Assembly (NCBI GenBank): GCA_012103575.1
Contig: WLWN01000001.1
Span: 1,676,538 to 1,740,537, forward strand
Direction: 5' to 3'
DNA length: 64,000 bases
Source of the DNA: Kiritimatiellia bacterium
GTDB lineage: Bacteria; Verrucomicrobiota; Kiritimatiellia; WLWN01
The notes under the pieces were generated by a model. That model had not been told where the DNA came from, did not search any database, and saw only the letters and a program-made list of their open reading frames with translations. Both the position numbers and the translations under genes were made by a program. Positions within the stretch are counted from its first letter, which is position 1. Each line of letters begins with the position of its first letter. Shown in pieces: positions 39,315 through 49,009 of this stretch.

Positions 39315-39815
39315 ATGGAAAAAAAATCCGATAGCCCTTTTTTCTCCCCAGATGCCATGCAGGAGGAAAGGGAAAATCTACGAGCTCAGAATAAAACCGT
39401 TGTATTCACGAATGGCTGTTTCGATATCCTGCATGTGGGCCATGTTTCCTATCTCTCCTTTGCAAAACAGCAAGGGGATATTCTGATTGTCGGCCTAAAT
39501 TCTGATCAATCTATTAAACGTATAAAAGGGGTCTATCGTCCCGTTGTCTCTGAAAAGGATCGTGCATCCGTTCTCTTGGCGCTCGAATCTGTAGATTATG
39601 TCATTATCTTTAATGAAGAAGAGCCGGCATCACTAATCGAGCTATTACTCCCTGATGTCCTTGTTAAAGGGGAAGATTGGGCCCATTATGTAAGCGGGCG
39701 AGGTGTTGTCGAAGCAAATGGGGGGTGTGTAGTTCTTGCGCCCATGGTTAAAGGACATTCGTCTAGCGACATTATAGAGCGCATCCAAAAATACTATGGC
39801 GCTGGGCCGCGTTAA
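39315..39815 (+). CDS. hldC: D-beta-D-heptose 1-phosphate adenylyltransferase (stand-alone RfaE domain II-type cytidylyltransferase)
   Basis: The nucleotidyltransferase motif FTNGCFDILHVGH and ISLLLALESVDYVIIF-type regions are present. No kinase domain is fused. Confidence 0.65.
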   Translation: MEKKSDSPFFSPDAMQEERENLRAQNKTVVFTNGCFDILHVGHVSYLSFAKQQGDILIVGLNSDQSIKRIKGVYRPVVSEKDRASVLLALESVDYVIIFNEEEPASLIELLLPDVLVKGEDWAHYVSGRGVVEANGGCVVLAPMVKGHSSSDIIERIQKYYGAGPR

Positions 39816-39908
39816 TACATATAGACGCGGTAGTCGGTAGGTTTATTGCTCGGTTGGAACCCATACTTCAAGAATTGGAAAGCGTTTAACTAGGTTCTGT
39901 CCTGAAAC

Positions 39909-41288
39909 TCACCTATTGGCGGGGAGTTCAACAAGTTGATATCCCAATTCTTTTGCCGTCTTTGCCATAGAAAAAAACCGTCTGGCCTTAAAACGTTCTT
40001 GGTAGACTTTTTCCCCCTCGTCTACATAATCTTGTCCGTAATGCAGCGTTCGATAAATGAGTATGGCCAGTTTACGTGCAAGAGCAAATACGGCCACGGC
40101 TCCACTCCTACGCCGAGCTACCCGACGATATTCAGCCCCCAAAGAGGAGTGTGATCGACTCAAAGAAACCACCGCCATTCGCAAGATTCCAGCCACCCGA
40201 TTTGAACCCGTACCACGAGGGGGCTTTTTCTTGAGAGCTTTTCCTCCAGAAATCCCCATCTTTGGACAAAGCCTCAACCAACTCACAAAATGTTTTTTCG
40301 AAGAAAAATCACTCAGATTAAATCCCACCTCGGTAAGTATGACTTGCGAAACTCCAGCGCTTATCCCGTCAATACGCGTTAAATCTACTCCGGAAAATTG
40401 CCACAATATTTTTTGGTCTTCCTGCTCTCCTCGGTTACGTATCGCTTTTCGTTTAGCGGCTTTAGGATGCTCAGGGGCCTCTTTATTTTTCCGTTCTTGC
40501 GGAGTCATCGCTAACAACTCCTTGTGCAGTTCTTGCTCGTAATCGGTAATCTGTGCTTGGAGTTGGTCATAGAGCTTTAGGGCCATTTTAAGGTTAAACA
40601 AATGCTCTGATTTCCACGTACCGGTGAGGTGCTCAGCTATTTCTTTTTCGTTTTTTCCGCAACGAGAATCTCGCAAACACGCAAGGACTTTGGGGTCACG
40701 TTGACCTTCAACAATCCCACGTACAATCGCTAAGCCTGTTTTCCCGGTAATATCTGTTAGGGCTCGATGAACTTGGACATTCATTTGATCCAAAGCCTTT
40801 TGCATCCAGTTGACGGTTTTGGAACGTTCCTTAACCAGATTGGCACATTGGCGAGTCAATGCGCGGCATCTACAAATGCCTTCACTCGGTCGAAAGGATC
40901 CATGTAATAGGCCACAGCTGTGTAGAAGCTGAATCCATTGACAGTCCTGTACATCGGTTTTACGACCCGGGACATGGCACAGTTCTCTGGCGTTGACCAA
41001 GATGGGCTCTATTCCAGAAGCCTCCAGCAGTTCGTACAAAGGGATCCAGTAAATCCCTGTACTTTCCATGGCCACCGACTTTACTCCTTGCTCTTGGAGC
41101 CAAGCGATCAGTCCGATTAATTGGGGTGTAGTGGATTGAAAAACACGCACGTTGGGTTCGCCGCTGATCAAGGCCGGACCACATACGTAATGCTCGCAAG
41201 CCCCCAAATCAATTCCAGCCACCTTCGGTTGGAGTATGGGTAAGCTTTGCACGGATCGTTTATTTACCTTTGTTTTTGATGCCGACAT
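39909..41288 (-). CDS. IS110-family transposase (DEDD type)
   Basis: 459 aa with an N-terminal RuvC-like fold (AGIDLGACEHYV, KSVAMESTGIYWIPL) and the C-terminal IS110 region. The element extends to roughly 39880-41540. Confidence 0.85.
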   Translation of the reverse strand: MSASKTKVNKRSVQSLPILQPKVAGIDLGACEHYVCGPALISGEPNVRVFQSTTPQLIGLIAWLQEQGVKSVAMESTGIYWIPLYELLEASGIEPILVNARELCHVPGRKTDVQDCQWIQLLHSCGLLHGSFRPSEGICRCRALTRQCANLVKERSKTVNWMQKALDQMNVQVHRALTDITGKTGLAIVRGIVEGQRDPKVLACLRDSRCGKNEKEIAEHLTGTWKSEHLFNLKMALKLYDQLQAQITDYEQELHKELLAMTPQERKNKEAPEHPKAAKRKAIRNRGEQEDQKILWQFSGVDLTRIDGISAGVSQVILTEVGFNLSDFSSKKHFVSWLRLCPKMGISGGKALKKKPPRGTGSNRVAGILRMAVVSLSRSHSSLGAEYRRVARRRSGAVAVFALARKLAILIYRTLHYGQDYVDEGEKVYQERFKARRFFSMAKTAKELGYQLVELPANR

Positions 41289-41544
41289 GATATCCTCCGG
41301 GTTGTGGTTAGTTGTGGAGGCTACGGCCCGAGGTGGCTATACAATGGATTCTGTCCTGGGGGAGTCGCCTGGAGCGCTCGCCAATGAATGATGGCCAACT
41401 CAGACCCAAACTTCGTATGGGGCACAAGGCACCAATATCTTTAGGGGGGCTTAACTGCCGTAGCTTTCATGACATTTACACCTTACCGGACTCCAGTTTC
41501 AACCCTGAATGATCCAGCAAAGAGACCATGCTGGTGGCGAAACT

Positions 41545-42030
41545 TCGGGGAGACTCTGTGCCAATAAGATTATTCTGTTATGCGCCATGGTGGCCTTCAA
41601 CCTATTGCGCGGTCTTGGCCAAGAGGTCATCAAACGGGCTGGGCTTGCCCCGCAGAAAATCAACATCCCGCGCTGGCGAATCAAAACGGTTCTCAAAAAT
41701 ATCGTTTATTGCGCGGTTCGATTGGTCCGCCACGCCGGACGAATTGAACTTCACTTTGGCAAGCGTTGTCGCTGGTTTGAAGTGATACAAGATATTGCCC
41801 ATTCCTTCGCATAGCCCTCCGTGCACCTTTAACAATACTCTAAGGCGACTGCCCAAGGAGGCCTACGCCCCAAAATGGCCAAATCAGAGTGAATCTGACC
41901 TGTACGCTCAAAAAATTCATCAGGGTGATACTTGCCGGTCCGAATCCGCCCAAAAGCGAGCATCTCAAGGAAAAAATTTTCAACTTTTGAGCCCCAAAAC
42001 GCCTTCCGAAGCGATAGCTGACGGATTCAG
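41545..42030 (+). mobile_element. 5'-truncated IS1380-family copy (3' 490 bp only)
   Basis: Matches the last ~490 bp of 56075-57730, including the CTGACGGATTCAGG terminus. It encodes the C-terminal 101 aa of the transposase (ORF 41509-41814). Confidence 0.6.
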
Positions 42031-42077
42031 GATATTGCTATTTTTCAAAAAGTCAATTTTTTGTTTCAAAAAAATCT

Positions 42078-43283
42078 GAGAATTGTAATATTAAATGCCC
42101 AAAAGAAGATATTGTAAAACAGGAGTGTTCCATGCCGAAATCTTCTAGATTTAGAAACTCGACAGAAGACAAAAAAAGGAGAAAGACATGGAACAAATCA
42201 AGAGTAGTATTCATCCCCGAAAAGGCAAGCATTTGACACAGAAAGAACGGATCATGATTGAAACAATGCTCAAAAACCCAGGACGTCCTTTGGAGATAGC
42301 TAGCTATCTGGGAAGGCATCGTCGAACCATAGAGCGCGAAATTAGACGTGGAGAGGTAGAGCATTTCGATACAGAGCTGCGAAAGAAGAAAGCATACAGC
42401 AGTGATCGAGCCCAGGAACTTCATGATCTAAATGCGACGGCCAAGGGACCTGAGCTTAAGCTTGGAAAGCATCATGAAACGGCCGTGTTTATCAGCGAGC
42501 ACATTCTTGTTCACAAACGCTCACCCGATGTGGTTGCTCCTTTGCTTAAACAAGAGCAGAGACCTGCAGCGGTGAGTACAAAAACGCTGTATACCTATAT
42601 TGACCAAGGTCTCATCCCGGGGGTGAGCAACGAGTCCCTATGGGAAAAACGAAAAAGACGTGCTATTAAGCGGGTTAAAAAGCAACATGCCCGAAGGACC
42701 AGCATCGAAAAACGACCTAAGACCGTAGAAAAACGCGAGGAATCTGGGCACTGGGAATTGGATTTGATCGTCGGCGGAAAAGGAACTTCAAAACCGGTTT
42801 TAATGACGTTAGTAGAAAGAAAGACCCGAATGCTAAGGGTGAGAAAACTTTCGGATAAAACACAGGCATCGGTTCTGCAGGCCCTCAAAGCGATCGAAAG
42901 ATCGATGGGAGTTGGCCCATTCAGATCGATGTTCAAGTCGATTATAGCCGATAACGGGAGCGAGTTTCTCGACGTGGAGCAGATGGAACGTTCCGGATTT
43001 AGCAAAAAGAGACGTGTTAAACTCTATTATGCTCACCCGTATTCTTCCTGGGAACGAGGCTCCAACGAAAATGCCAACCGTATGGTTCGTCGTTTCGTCG
43101 CCAAAGGAGACAACATCAGAAAATATACCATCGACCGTATTGGTGAGATTGAAAAATGGATTAATAACTATCCTCGCAAGATCCTAGAATACAAACCCGC
43201 ACAGGAGTGTTTCGATTTGGAGATCGCCGCATGAACAGAAGCTCTCAGGTCCATTTTTTGCGGCATTTAATTTTACAATCCAC
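42078..43283 (+). mobile_element. IS30-family insertion sequence, type B, complete copy
   Basis: Left end ttgtaatattaaatgcc pairs with right end ggcatttaattttacaatccacc. It abuts the IS1380 fragment on the left and the recR start on the right. Confidence 0.75.
42188..43234 (+). CDS. IS30-family transposase, type B
   Basis: 348 aa; see 13931-14992. Confidence 0.85.
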   Translation: MEQIKSSIHPRKGKHLTQKERIMIETMLKNPGRPLEIASYLGRHRRTIEREIRRGEVEHFDTELRKKKAYSSDRAQELHDLNATAKGPELKLGKHHETAVFISEHILVHKRSPDVVAPLLKQEQRPAAVSTKTLYTYIDQGLIPGVSNESLWEKRKRRAIKRVKKQHARRTSIEKRPKTVEKREESGHWELDLIVGGKGTSKPVLMTLVERKTRMLRVRKLSDKTQASVLQALKAIERSMGVGPFRSMFKSIIADNGSEFLDVEQMERSGFSKKRRVKLYYAHPYSSWERGSNENANRMVRRFVAKGDNIRKYTIDRIGEIEKWINNYPRKILEYKPAQECFDLEIAA

Positions 43284-43289
43284 CAACTT

Positions 43290-43892
43290 ATGAATAATTT
43301 AAAACCCATTGAGAAGTTGATCTCCACATTAAGCCGTCTACCTACAATTGGACGTCGGTCCGCAGAGCGTATGGCTCTAAAGATTGCTCGCGATCAAGCT
43401 CCGCTCGTACAGGATTTGATCACGGCTTTGCGGGAAGTTTCCGATAAAATCTCAACCTGTTCTTTATGTGGAAGTTTGACGACAAAAGATTTAAATCCGT
43501 GTAAACTATGTACTGATGTCCGTCGCGATCATTTGCTTCTTTGTGTAGTAGAAGATTCGTCTGACATTATCATTATTGAGAGCGCAAGGGGGTATCGTGG
43601 ACGTTATCATGCATTAATGGGAAAAATTTCTCCCTTGCGTGGGGAAGGGATTCATAACTTGAGAATTCAAGAGCTCATTAAACGTATAAAAAAAGAGGGC
43701 ATAAAAGAAGTCATTTTAGCGCTGAATACCGATGTGGAAAGTGATGCTACCGCTAGTTTTCTTAGCGATATACTTTCTTCAGAGTCTGTAACTGTATCTC
43801 GAATTGCGTTTGGGCTCCCTGCGGGGAGTGGTATTGCATATTCGGATCCCGTTACTTTAACACGGGCCATACAGGGTCGACAAAAAGTGTAA
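43290..43892 (+). CDS. recR: Recombination protein RecR
   Basis: N-terminal HhH (LISTLSRLPTIGRRSAERMA), a C4 zinc finger (CSLCGSL...CKLC), and a Toprim domain. Confidence 0.9.
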   Translation: MNNLKPIEKLISTLSRLPTIGRRSAERMALKIARDQAPLVQDLITALREVSDKISTCSLCGSLTTKDLNPCKLCTDVRRDHLLLCVVEDSSDIIIIESARGYRGRYHALMGKISPLRGEGIHNLRIQELIKRIKKEGIKEVILALNTDVESDATASFLSDILSSESVTVSRIAFGLPAGSGIAYSDPVTLTRAIQGRQKV

Positions 43893-43904
43893 GGAGGAAG
43901 AGCC

Positions 43905-44438
43905 ATGAGAAAGATTATCGATTTTTTAATGCGTTTATTTGGGAGAAAACATGAATGGTTTAAAGGTCCTGGACAGGAAAAAGGGCGCGTTGAGCGATGG
44001 TTGAGGGTGCCTTGTGCCGAAGGCGCTAGAAATTTTAACTTTAGAAAAGATTTTATGGATTATGACCTTGTCCCAGCTGAAGGGTTCTCTAATGACTTCG
44101 GGCACTGGTTTAAAGAACCGTTTAATCATGTAAAAGTAGGCGGGTATACACAGTATTTAGGCCAGCAGAGCGGTGGTTACAGATTCCTCGTTCGATGTGC
44201 CTTAAATCCTTCTATAAATGGGGCGGATGAGACGACGGGCTTACACGAATGTGGGCATGTTCGCTTACTTCCAGATATTCAAGGCCATCCTCTACGGTTT
44301 AAAAAATGTTTTCCCATATGGCGTTTTTCAATTCGTCCTAGATCAGAAGAAGATGATGATCTCTATTTGCCAGAGGTGGCCAGTATGGTCTTCGATGAAA
44401 ATGGGGAAGTTCTTTATGAGGAGTCTAAAGAAATTTGA
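43905..44438 (+). CDS. Hypothetical protein with an HExxH motif (candidate small zinc-dependent hydrolase)
   Basis: 177 aa containing GLHECGHV. No other recognisable domain. It lies immediately downstream of recR. Confidence 0.45.
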   Translation: MRKIIDFLMRLFGRKHEWFKGPGQEKGRVERWLRVPCAEGARNFNFRKDFMDYDLVPAEGFSNDFGHWFKEPFNHVKVGGYTQYLGQQSGGYRFLVRCALNPSINGADETTGLHECGHVRLLPDIQGHPLRFKKCFPIWRFSIRPRSEEDDDLYLPEVASMVFDENGEVLYEESKEI

Positions 44439-44473
44439 AAATTTGAAAGATAACAAGAGGGCTCTGTCTTTTT

Positions 44474-44636
44474 CCTGGATCCGTCAGTTAAACGTGGGAT
44501 TTCTGTGCGAATGGTTTGGAGGCAAAAGGTTGCAAAAAAACGCAGGCGCACCCGCTGGGTACGTCGAGGCTTTTTTGTAATTCCTTTTGGCCCAAATGGT
44601 TCGTGCAGAAAACCGCGTTTAACTGACGGATCCAGG
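44474..44636. repeat. 163-bp palindromic repeat element, copy A
   Basis: Terminal arms CCTGGATCCGTCAGTTAAACG and CGTTTAACTGACGGATCCAGG, with a largely self-complementary interior and a central palindrome. Copies lie at 51319-51481 and 58518-58680 (the latter inverted). Confidence 0.7.
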
Positions 44637-45005
44637 TTTTTGTGTACAAAAACTGAATCCGACCGTAGGGCTCGAAATAGAACCTACTCCAAACGCCCTC
44701 TGTCTGACTTTCATTGGCACAGAGGGCGAGAGGGTTCGTGGAGATTTTCTGTTGACCCCCTCCAACTTCTGAAATGAAACATGGCTTAAACATATTTCAT
44801 CCTTCTCTCAGATCAAGCGCCTTCGCCTAGGCGTAGGTTGTGTGATCCGCATAAATATTGGCAAGTTAGGAAGGTCCGGTTGAATTTGGTCTCTCGTAAT
44901 TATCGCACAAGTCCTTTAAAAGCGTGCGAAAACTGTGAACCGGTATGCCTTCATAAGCAGGCTTGAGATAGTTAATCAACTGGATCATCGTTTTCAATAA
45001 CTTAG

Positions 45006-45949
45006 AGCGCTTCACGATTGAGGTGTTGCGATGTAGCACGAAGAAAACCAGCCGATTACCTCGTCGGGAGAAACCTCTTCGAACGCTTGTGTGATCGCTT
45101 CAGATAGTTCCTGCTGACTGCGGGCTGCAAGGCTGCCCAACCGATTCTTTATCTTGCCCCACATTTTTTCAATGGGGTTGGAATCGGGGCTGTAGGGTGG
45201 AAGGAATCTTACATGGGCCCCACATGACTCAATGAGTTCAATGACCTTGGGATTGTGATGGACGCGAAGATTGTCCATGATGACGATATCTTCAGGTGAA
45301 AGAGTCGGGAGAAAAAGTTGTTCCGTCCAGGCGGACCGAAGAAATCAAGGTGGTGGTACACCAATGTCCATAAGGCGTTTTGGCAAAAAGCCTGTTCCCG
45401 CCCAACGCCCGGCCCCGCAGACGAGTCATATTCGTTTTCGCCCCGGATTCATCAATAAAGACAAGGCGACTTGGATCAAGTTTGGCCACCTCTTGGATCC
45501 ACTGCTTTCTCAAGAGATTTACATCCGCCCGGTCTTGCTCGCTGGCGTGAAGCGTTTCTTTTATACCGGGAAACCGATTCAACGCCCGCTGTACGGCCAT
45601 GATCGACCCCTTCACGCCGCTCATGTTCTTGAGTTTTTCAAGCGTTGCATCGGGATGTTTGCCCCCCAGTTGAGCCAACGCCTTGAGCTGCTTTCTGCTG
45701 TAGAGGGCCTGACGATGCCCACGCGGTCGAGGAGCGGTCTGTCCGGTTTCGTTGAAACGAGAGAGCCCACGCTGAAACGTTCTAAGATCTACACGATAAG
45801 AAGATGCGATATCGGCCTGGGAACCTTTGCCCATTTTGTAGGCATCTATCGCACGCCGCCGGATTTCTGCTGTTGCTATACTCATGTCATGAAGTATAGA
45901 TTTTCTAGCGAGGCATTTTCAATCGTTAAATGCTCTAGTACTCCTCCAA
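45006..45949 (-). mobile_element. IS630/Tc1-family insertion sequence, copy 2 (degenerate)
   Basis: Same terminal repeats as copy 1. Transposase fragments 45012-45278 and 45292-45885 lie in different frames. Confidence 0.7.
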
Positions 45950-46236
45950 AATTAAATTGGCGAGTTAGGGTCAAATTAGACTGTTCCCAATGACGACAGG
46001 GGCCTTCCACCATCACAGCAACGCTGTGTAGGCATAGAGCCTGGGGTTTCAACCCCAGGAAGACTTGTGCCCTGTAGGGGCACTGTCTATTCTTCAGGGC
46101 GCAATCAGATGTGTTCCTGTTTCATTCCTGGGGTTGAAACCCCAGGCTCTATGCCTTTGTCCCTTTGGGACAATCCATAGGGTCAGTAAATCATTCACCC
46201 CCAATTCGCCAATTTAATTTTGGAGGAGTACTAGTG
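45947..46236. repeat. Roughly 290-bp nested palindromic element (MITE-like) abutting the IS630 end
   Basis: 29-bp perfect outer inverted repeats CTAGTACTCCTCCAAAATTAAATTGGCGA. 29-bp inner inverted repeats GGCATAGAGCCTGGGGTTTCAACCCCAGG, each itself a hairpin. A central hairpin GTGCCCTGTAGGGGCAC. Confidence 0.6.
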
Positions 46237-46377
46237 CACGATAAAGTTTACGGTTAAGTGATGAAGAATGAATATATTCGAGTGGGAGCAGATATTTTAA
46301 TCAAACAGGTTCTAAGGTGAGGGTCTTTGGTCAGAAGTCAGGACCACCGTTTTTCTTTCACGCAGCTTGCTGCATGA

Positions 46378-47136
46378 TTATTCGTCTTCAATAAATTTTT
46401 TAATCTGATCGATAACCTGGTAATGTGTAAGATCGAGTCCGATCGGAGTGATCGAAACAAGTCCATTTTCAATCGCTTCTATGTCTGTTCCTTTTTTATC
46501 GCCTAAAAGCTCCATTTCGCCGTCTAACCAGTAGTAGATATTACCCCGCGGATCTGTTCGTTTATGAAAGACCTCCTTGAAACGTGAATGCGCCATAGGC
46601 GTTACGGCATATCCTTGTATTTGATCTGTAGGTATATTAGGAATATTTACATTCAGTAATGTTTTTTCAGGTAGCTGGTATGGCAAAAACTTTTTGGCCA
46701 GTTGACGCGCAACATGACCTGCGGTATCCCAGTGCGGATCGGTAAATGTTTGCAGGGAAAAGGCCATGCTGGGAATTTTTAAAATAGCCGCTTCCGTAGC
46801 CGCCGATACGGTGCCAGAATAAATAATATTAATTCCTGTATTGGCCCCTAGATTAATCCCGCTGAAGACAACGTCTGGAGGTTGATTCAACAATGCGCAA
46901 CTGGCTAACTTAACGCAATCCGTAGGTGTCCCACCTACGGCATGACCAAAAAACGTGTCTTTGTCATAAACTTTACTGGTTTTTATGGGGTCAAATAGTG
47001 TAATCGAATGGCCGACCGCACTTTGTTCTTCATTTGGCGCAACAACATGGACGTGGCCTAAATCTTTTACCGCATCATATAAGACTCGAATGCCTGGGGC
47101 ATGTATACCGTCATCATTACAAACAAGAATATTCAT
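46378..47136 (-). CDS. surE: 5'/3'-nucleotidase SurE
   Basis: MNILVCNDDGIHAPGIRVL at the N-terminus and conserved motifs throughout. Confidence 0.9.
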   Translation of the reverse strand: MNILVCNDDGIHAPGIRVLYDAVKDLGHVHVVAPNEEQSAVGHSITLFDPIKTSKVYDKDTFFGHAVGGTPTDCVKLASCALLNQPPDVVFSGINLGANTGINIIYSGTVSAATEAAILKIPSMAFSLQTFTDPHWDTAGHVARQLAKKFLPYQLPEKTLLNVNIPNIPTDQIQGYAVTPMAHSRFKEVFHKRTDPRGNIYYWLDGEMELLGDKKGTDIEAIENGLVSITPIGLDLTHYQVIDQIKKFIEDE

Positions 47137-47324
47137 GAGGAGATATAAGCAATTCTACATTAGAATGGCTAGTTATTTGTTTTGCAAGAGCCTGTTGCCT
47201 CATTAAAAAATGACACCGTAGCATATTAAAACTCGTTGACACTTATCACCAATACTTGTTGGACCCATTTCTGTCAAGAAATGGGTCGGGTGGATGCCTT
47301 TCTGTTCATTCTTTTACCTTCCAG

Positions 47325-47395
47325 GAGTTATCCACAGATCCGTCCCGGCGAGAATGGGCCCCATTCGCTCGTCGGAGGCGGGACGGATCTGTGGG
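47325..47395. repeat. Roughly 66-bp near-perfect hairpin
   Basis: CCACAGATCCGTCCCG...CGGGACGGATCTGTGG, with an inner stem GCGAGAATGGG/CCCATTCGCTCG. Confidence 0.5.
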
Positions 47396-47512
47396 TAACT
47401 CCGTGGTTGACTTTCACCTTTGCCTTTTTCGCCATGTTTTTGACTTCGCCTCAAAAAACGACCGCCCCAGATGCCCTGTATCCAACGATCTCTCAGAAGG
47501 CTTTGTCTTCTT

Positions 47513-48736
47513 TTATAAGAGAGCATTACCCCACGAAACTTCTGGAGATCCTTTCAAGTCAGGAGGGTGTTTTTTTAACCGTTCAATCTTTCGGAGATGC
47601 TCCTCGATCTGCTTTTTGAGCTTGTAGGGGTCCAAAACTTCATATTGACCTTCGAGGGCCTTGACTTGTTCAAGACCAAGCAGTTGGCTCTGAACCAGTC
47701 GCTCATAAGGGGTCTTGGCTTTGTCATATTTTTTGATATACCGGCTTTGGATCCGCTTTTTGGACTTCAGCTTCATCGATGGACAAAAAAAATTGTTATA
47801 CTTTTCCCAGACAACATAGAGGTGGTTGATGACATCAACCAGATCAGGGTGTTCGAGTCGATCATACCCCAAACGTTGACGAACATGGGTCCAGTTCTTT
47901 TGTTCTACATGGGCATTATCATTTTTATGGTAGCTCCGTGACCGCGTATAGCCTACCGGCTTTTGACGGTTGCTAAAATAACGAACCAGGTGCCAATTTA
48001 AGAACTCCGAACCGTTGTCGGTATCGAATCCCAAAAGAGAAAAAGGGAGTTTTTCCTCTACGTCTTGGGTTTGCTTTTGAATCCCTCCATATCCTTTGTT
48101 CCAAACGGCACGTTGGGCCGTTCAACCCGTTACAATATCGGTATAGGTAATCGACCAGATGAAGTTTCCGCTCATCGATCCCCCACAATGGGCGACGGTG
48201 TCAGCTTCCAAATAGCCCGGTTGTTGAATATCCTGGTTGTCGATCCGCACAGGGATTTGATTTTTCAGGGTAGATCCTGGCTTCGTTGCGCTGTTTCGAT
48301 AGCGTCTATACCGGCTCCTTTCTGAGGCTAATAATCGGTCAATAGTCGCTGGACTTATATCGAGCAATTTAGAACGAATGGGGGCCGATAAAGCGCTATA
48401 GTGTTTGCTATAATCTCTGAGCCAGATCGGTAAAGCTTGTTGCAAACGTTTGCCGAACAGGCGCCCTGTTTGGTGCCAGATCGTTTTCAAAGCGGCTAAA
48501 AATTCAGGGTTGGCATAATAGCTTTTTCGGCCACGCTGCTTGGCCGAACGACGGATTTTTCCGCCGAGCAGTTTAATGGCGTATTTACGCTCATAGCCAC
48601 AGACTTGGCATACTTCATCAATGAGGCGTGTTTTATATCGTTTGCTGGCCCGTTTATACCGGTGACCCATTCGATGTATATATTCTTTTCTCGATTCGTA
48701 ACTCATACTTTTCATGCCCCCCTTTTTGGGTGTCAT
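47513..48736 (-). pseudogene. DDE (rve-superfamily) transposase/integrase, frameshifted
   Basis: N-terminal HTH part (48122-48736, ...YLEADTVAHCGGS) and C-terminal part (47513-48034, FDTDNGSEF...) lie in different frames. The IS family is uncertain (IS481- or ISNCY-like). Confidence 0.65.
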
Positions 48737-49009
48737 CTTTTATGAGTCAACGAATCTTTACGGCTCCTAACCGTTTTTCGCTACGGTGTCATTTTTTGTG
48801 AGGCAATTCGAGAGGCTCCAAATTTCAAATTTTGGTTTGCACCGCAAGATAATGATTGTTAGCGTATTTTTCTAGCTGTGCTAGACGGGGAGGTAGCGGT
48901 GCCCTGACTCCCGCGTAAGCGGGATGACCTGCAATCCGCTGTAGCAGGGTTTAATTCCTGAGTAAGATATCAACCTAGGATGATACATGCTATAGATAGG
49001 TGTTGATAG

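Noticed and set aside
44505-44777. ORFs translating to ...WRQKVAKKRRRTRWVRRGFFVIPFGPNGSCRKPRLTDGSR... (also 51299-51514 and 58501-58779) that look like a conserved small basic protein family
   Set aside because: They are read-through translations of the 163-bp palindromic repeat in one frame. Copy B is inverted, so the similar peptide comes from the opposite strand. No start codon or ribosome-binding-site context is present, and conservation is at the DNA-structure level.
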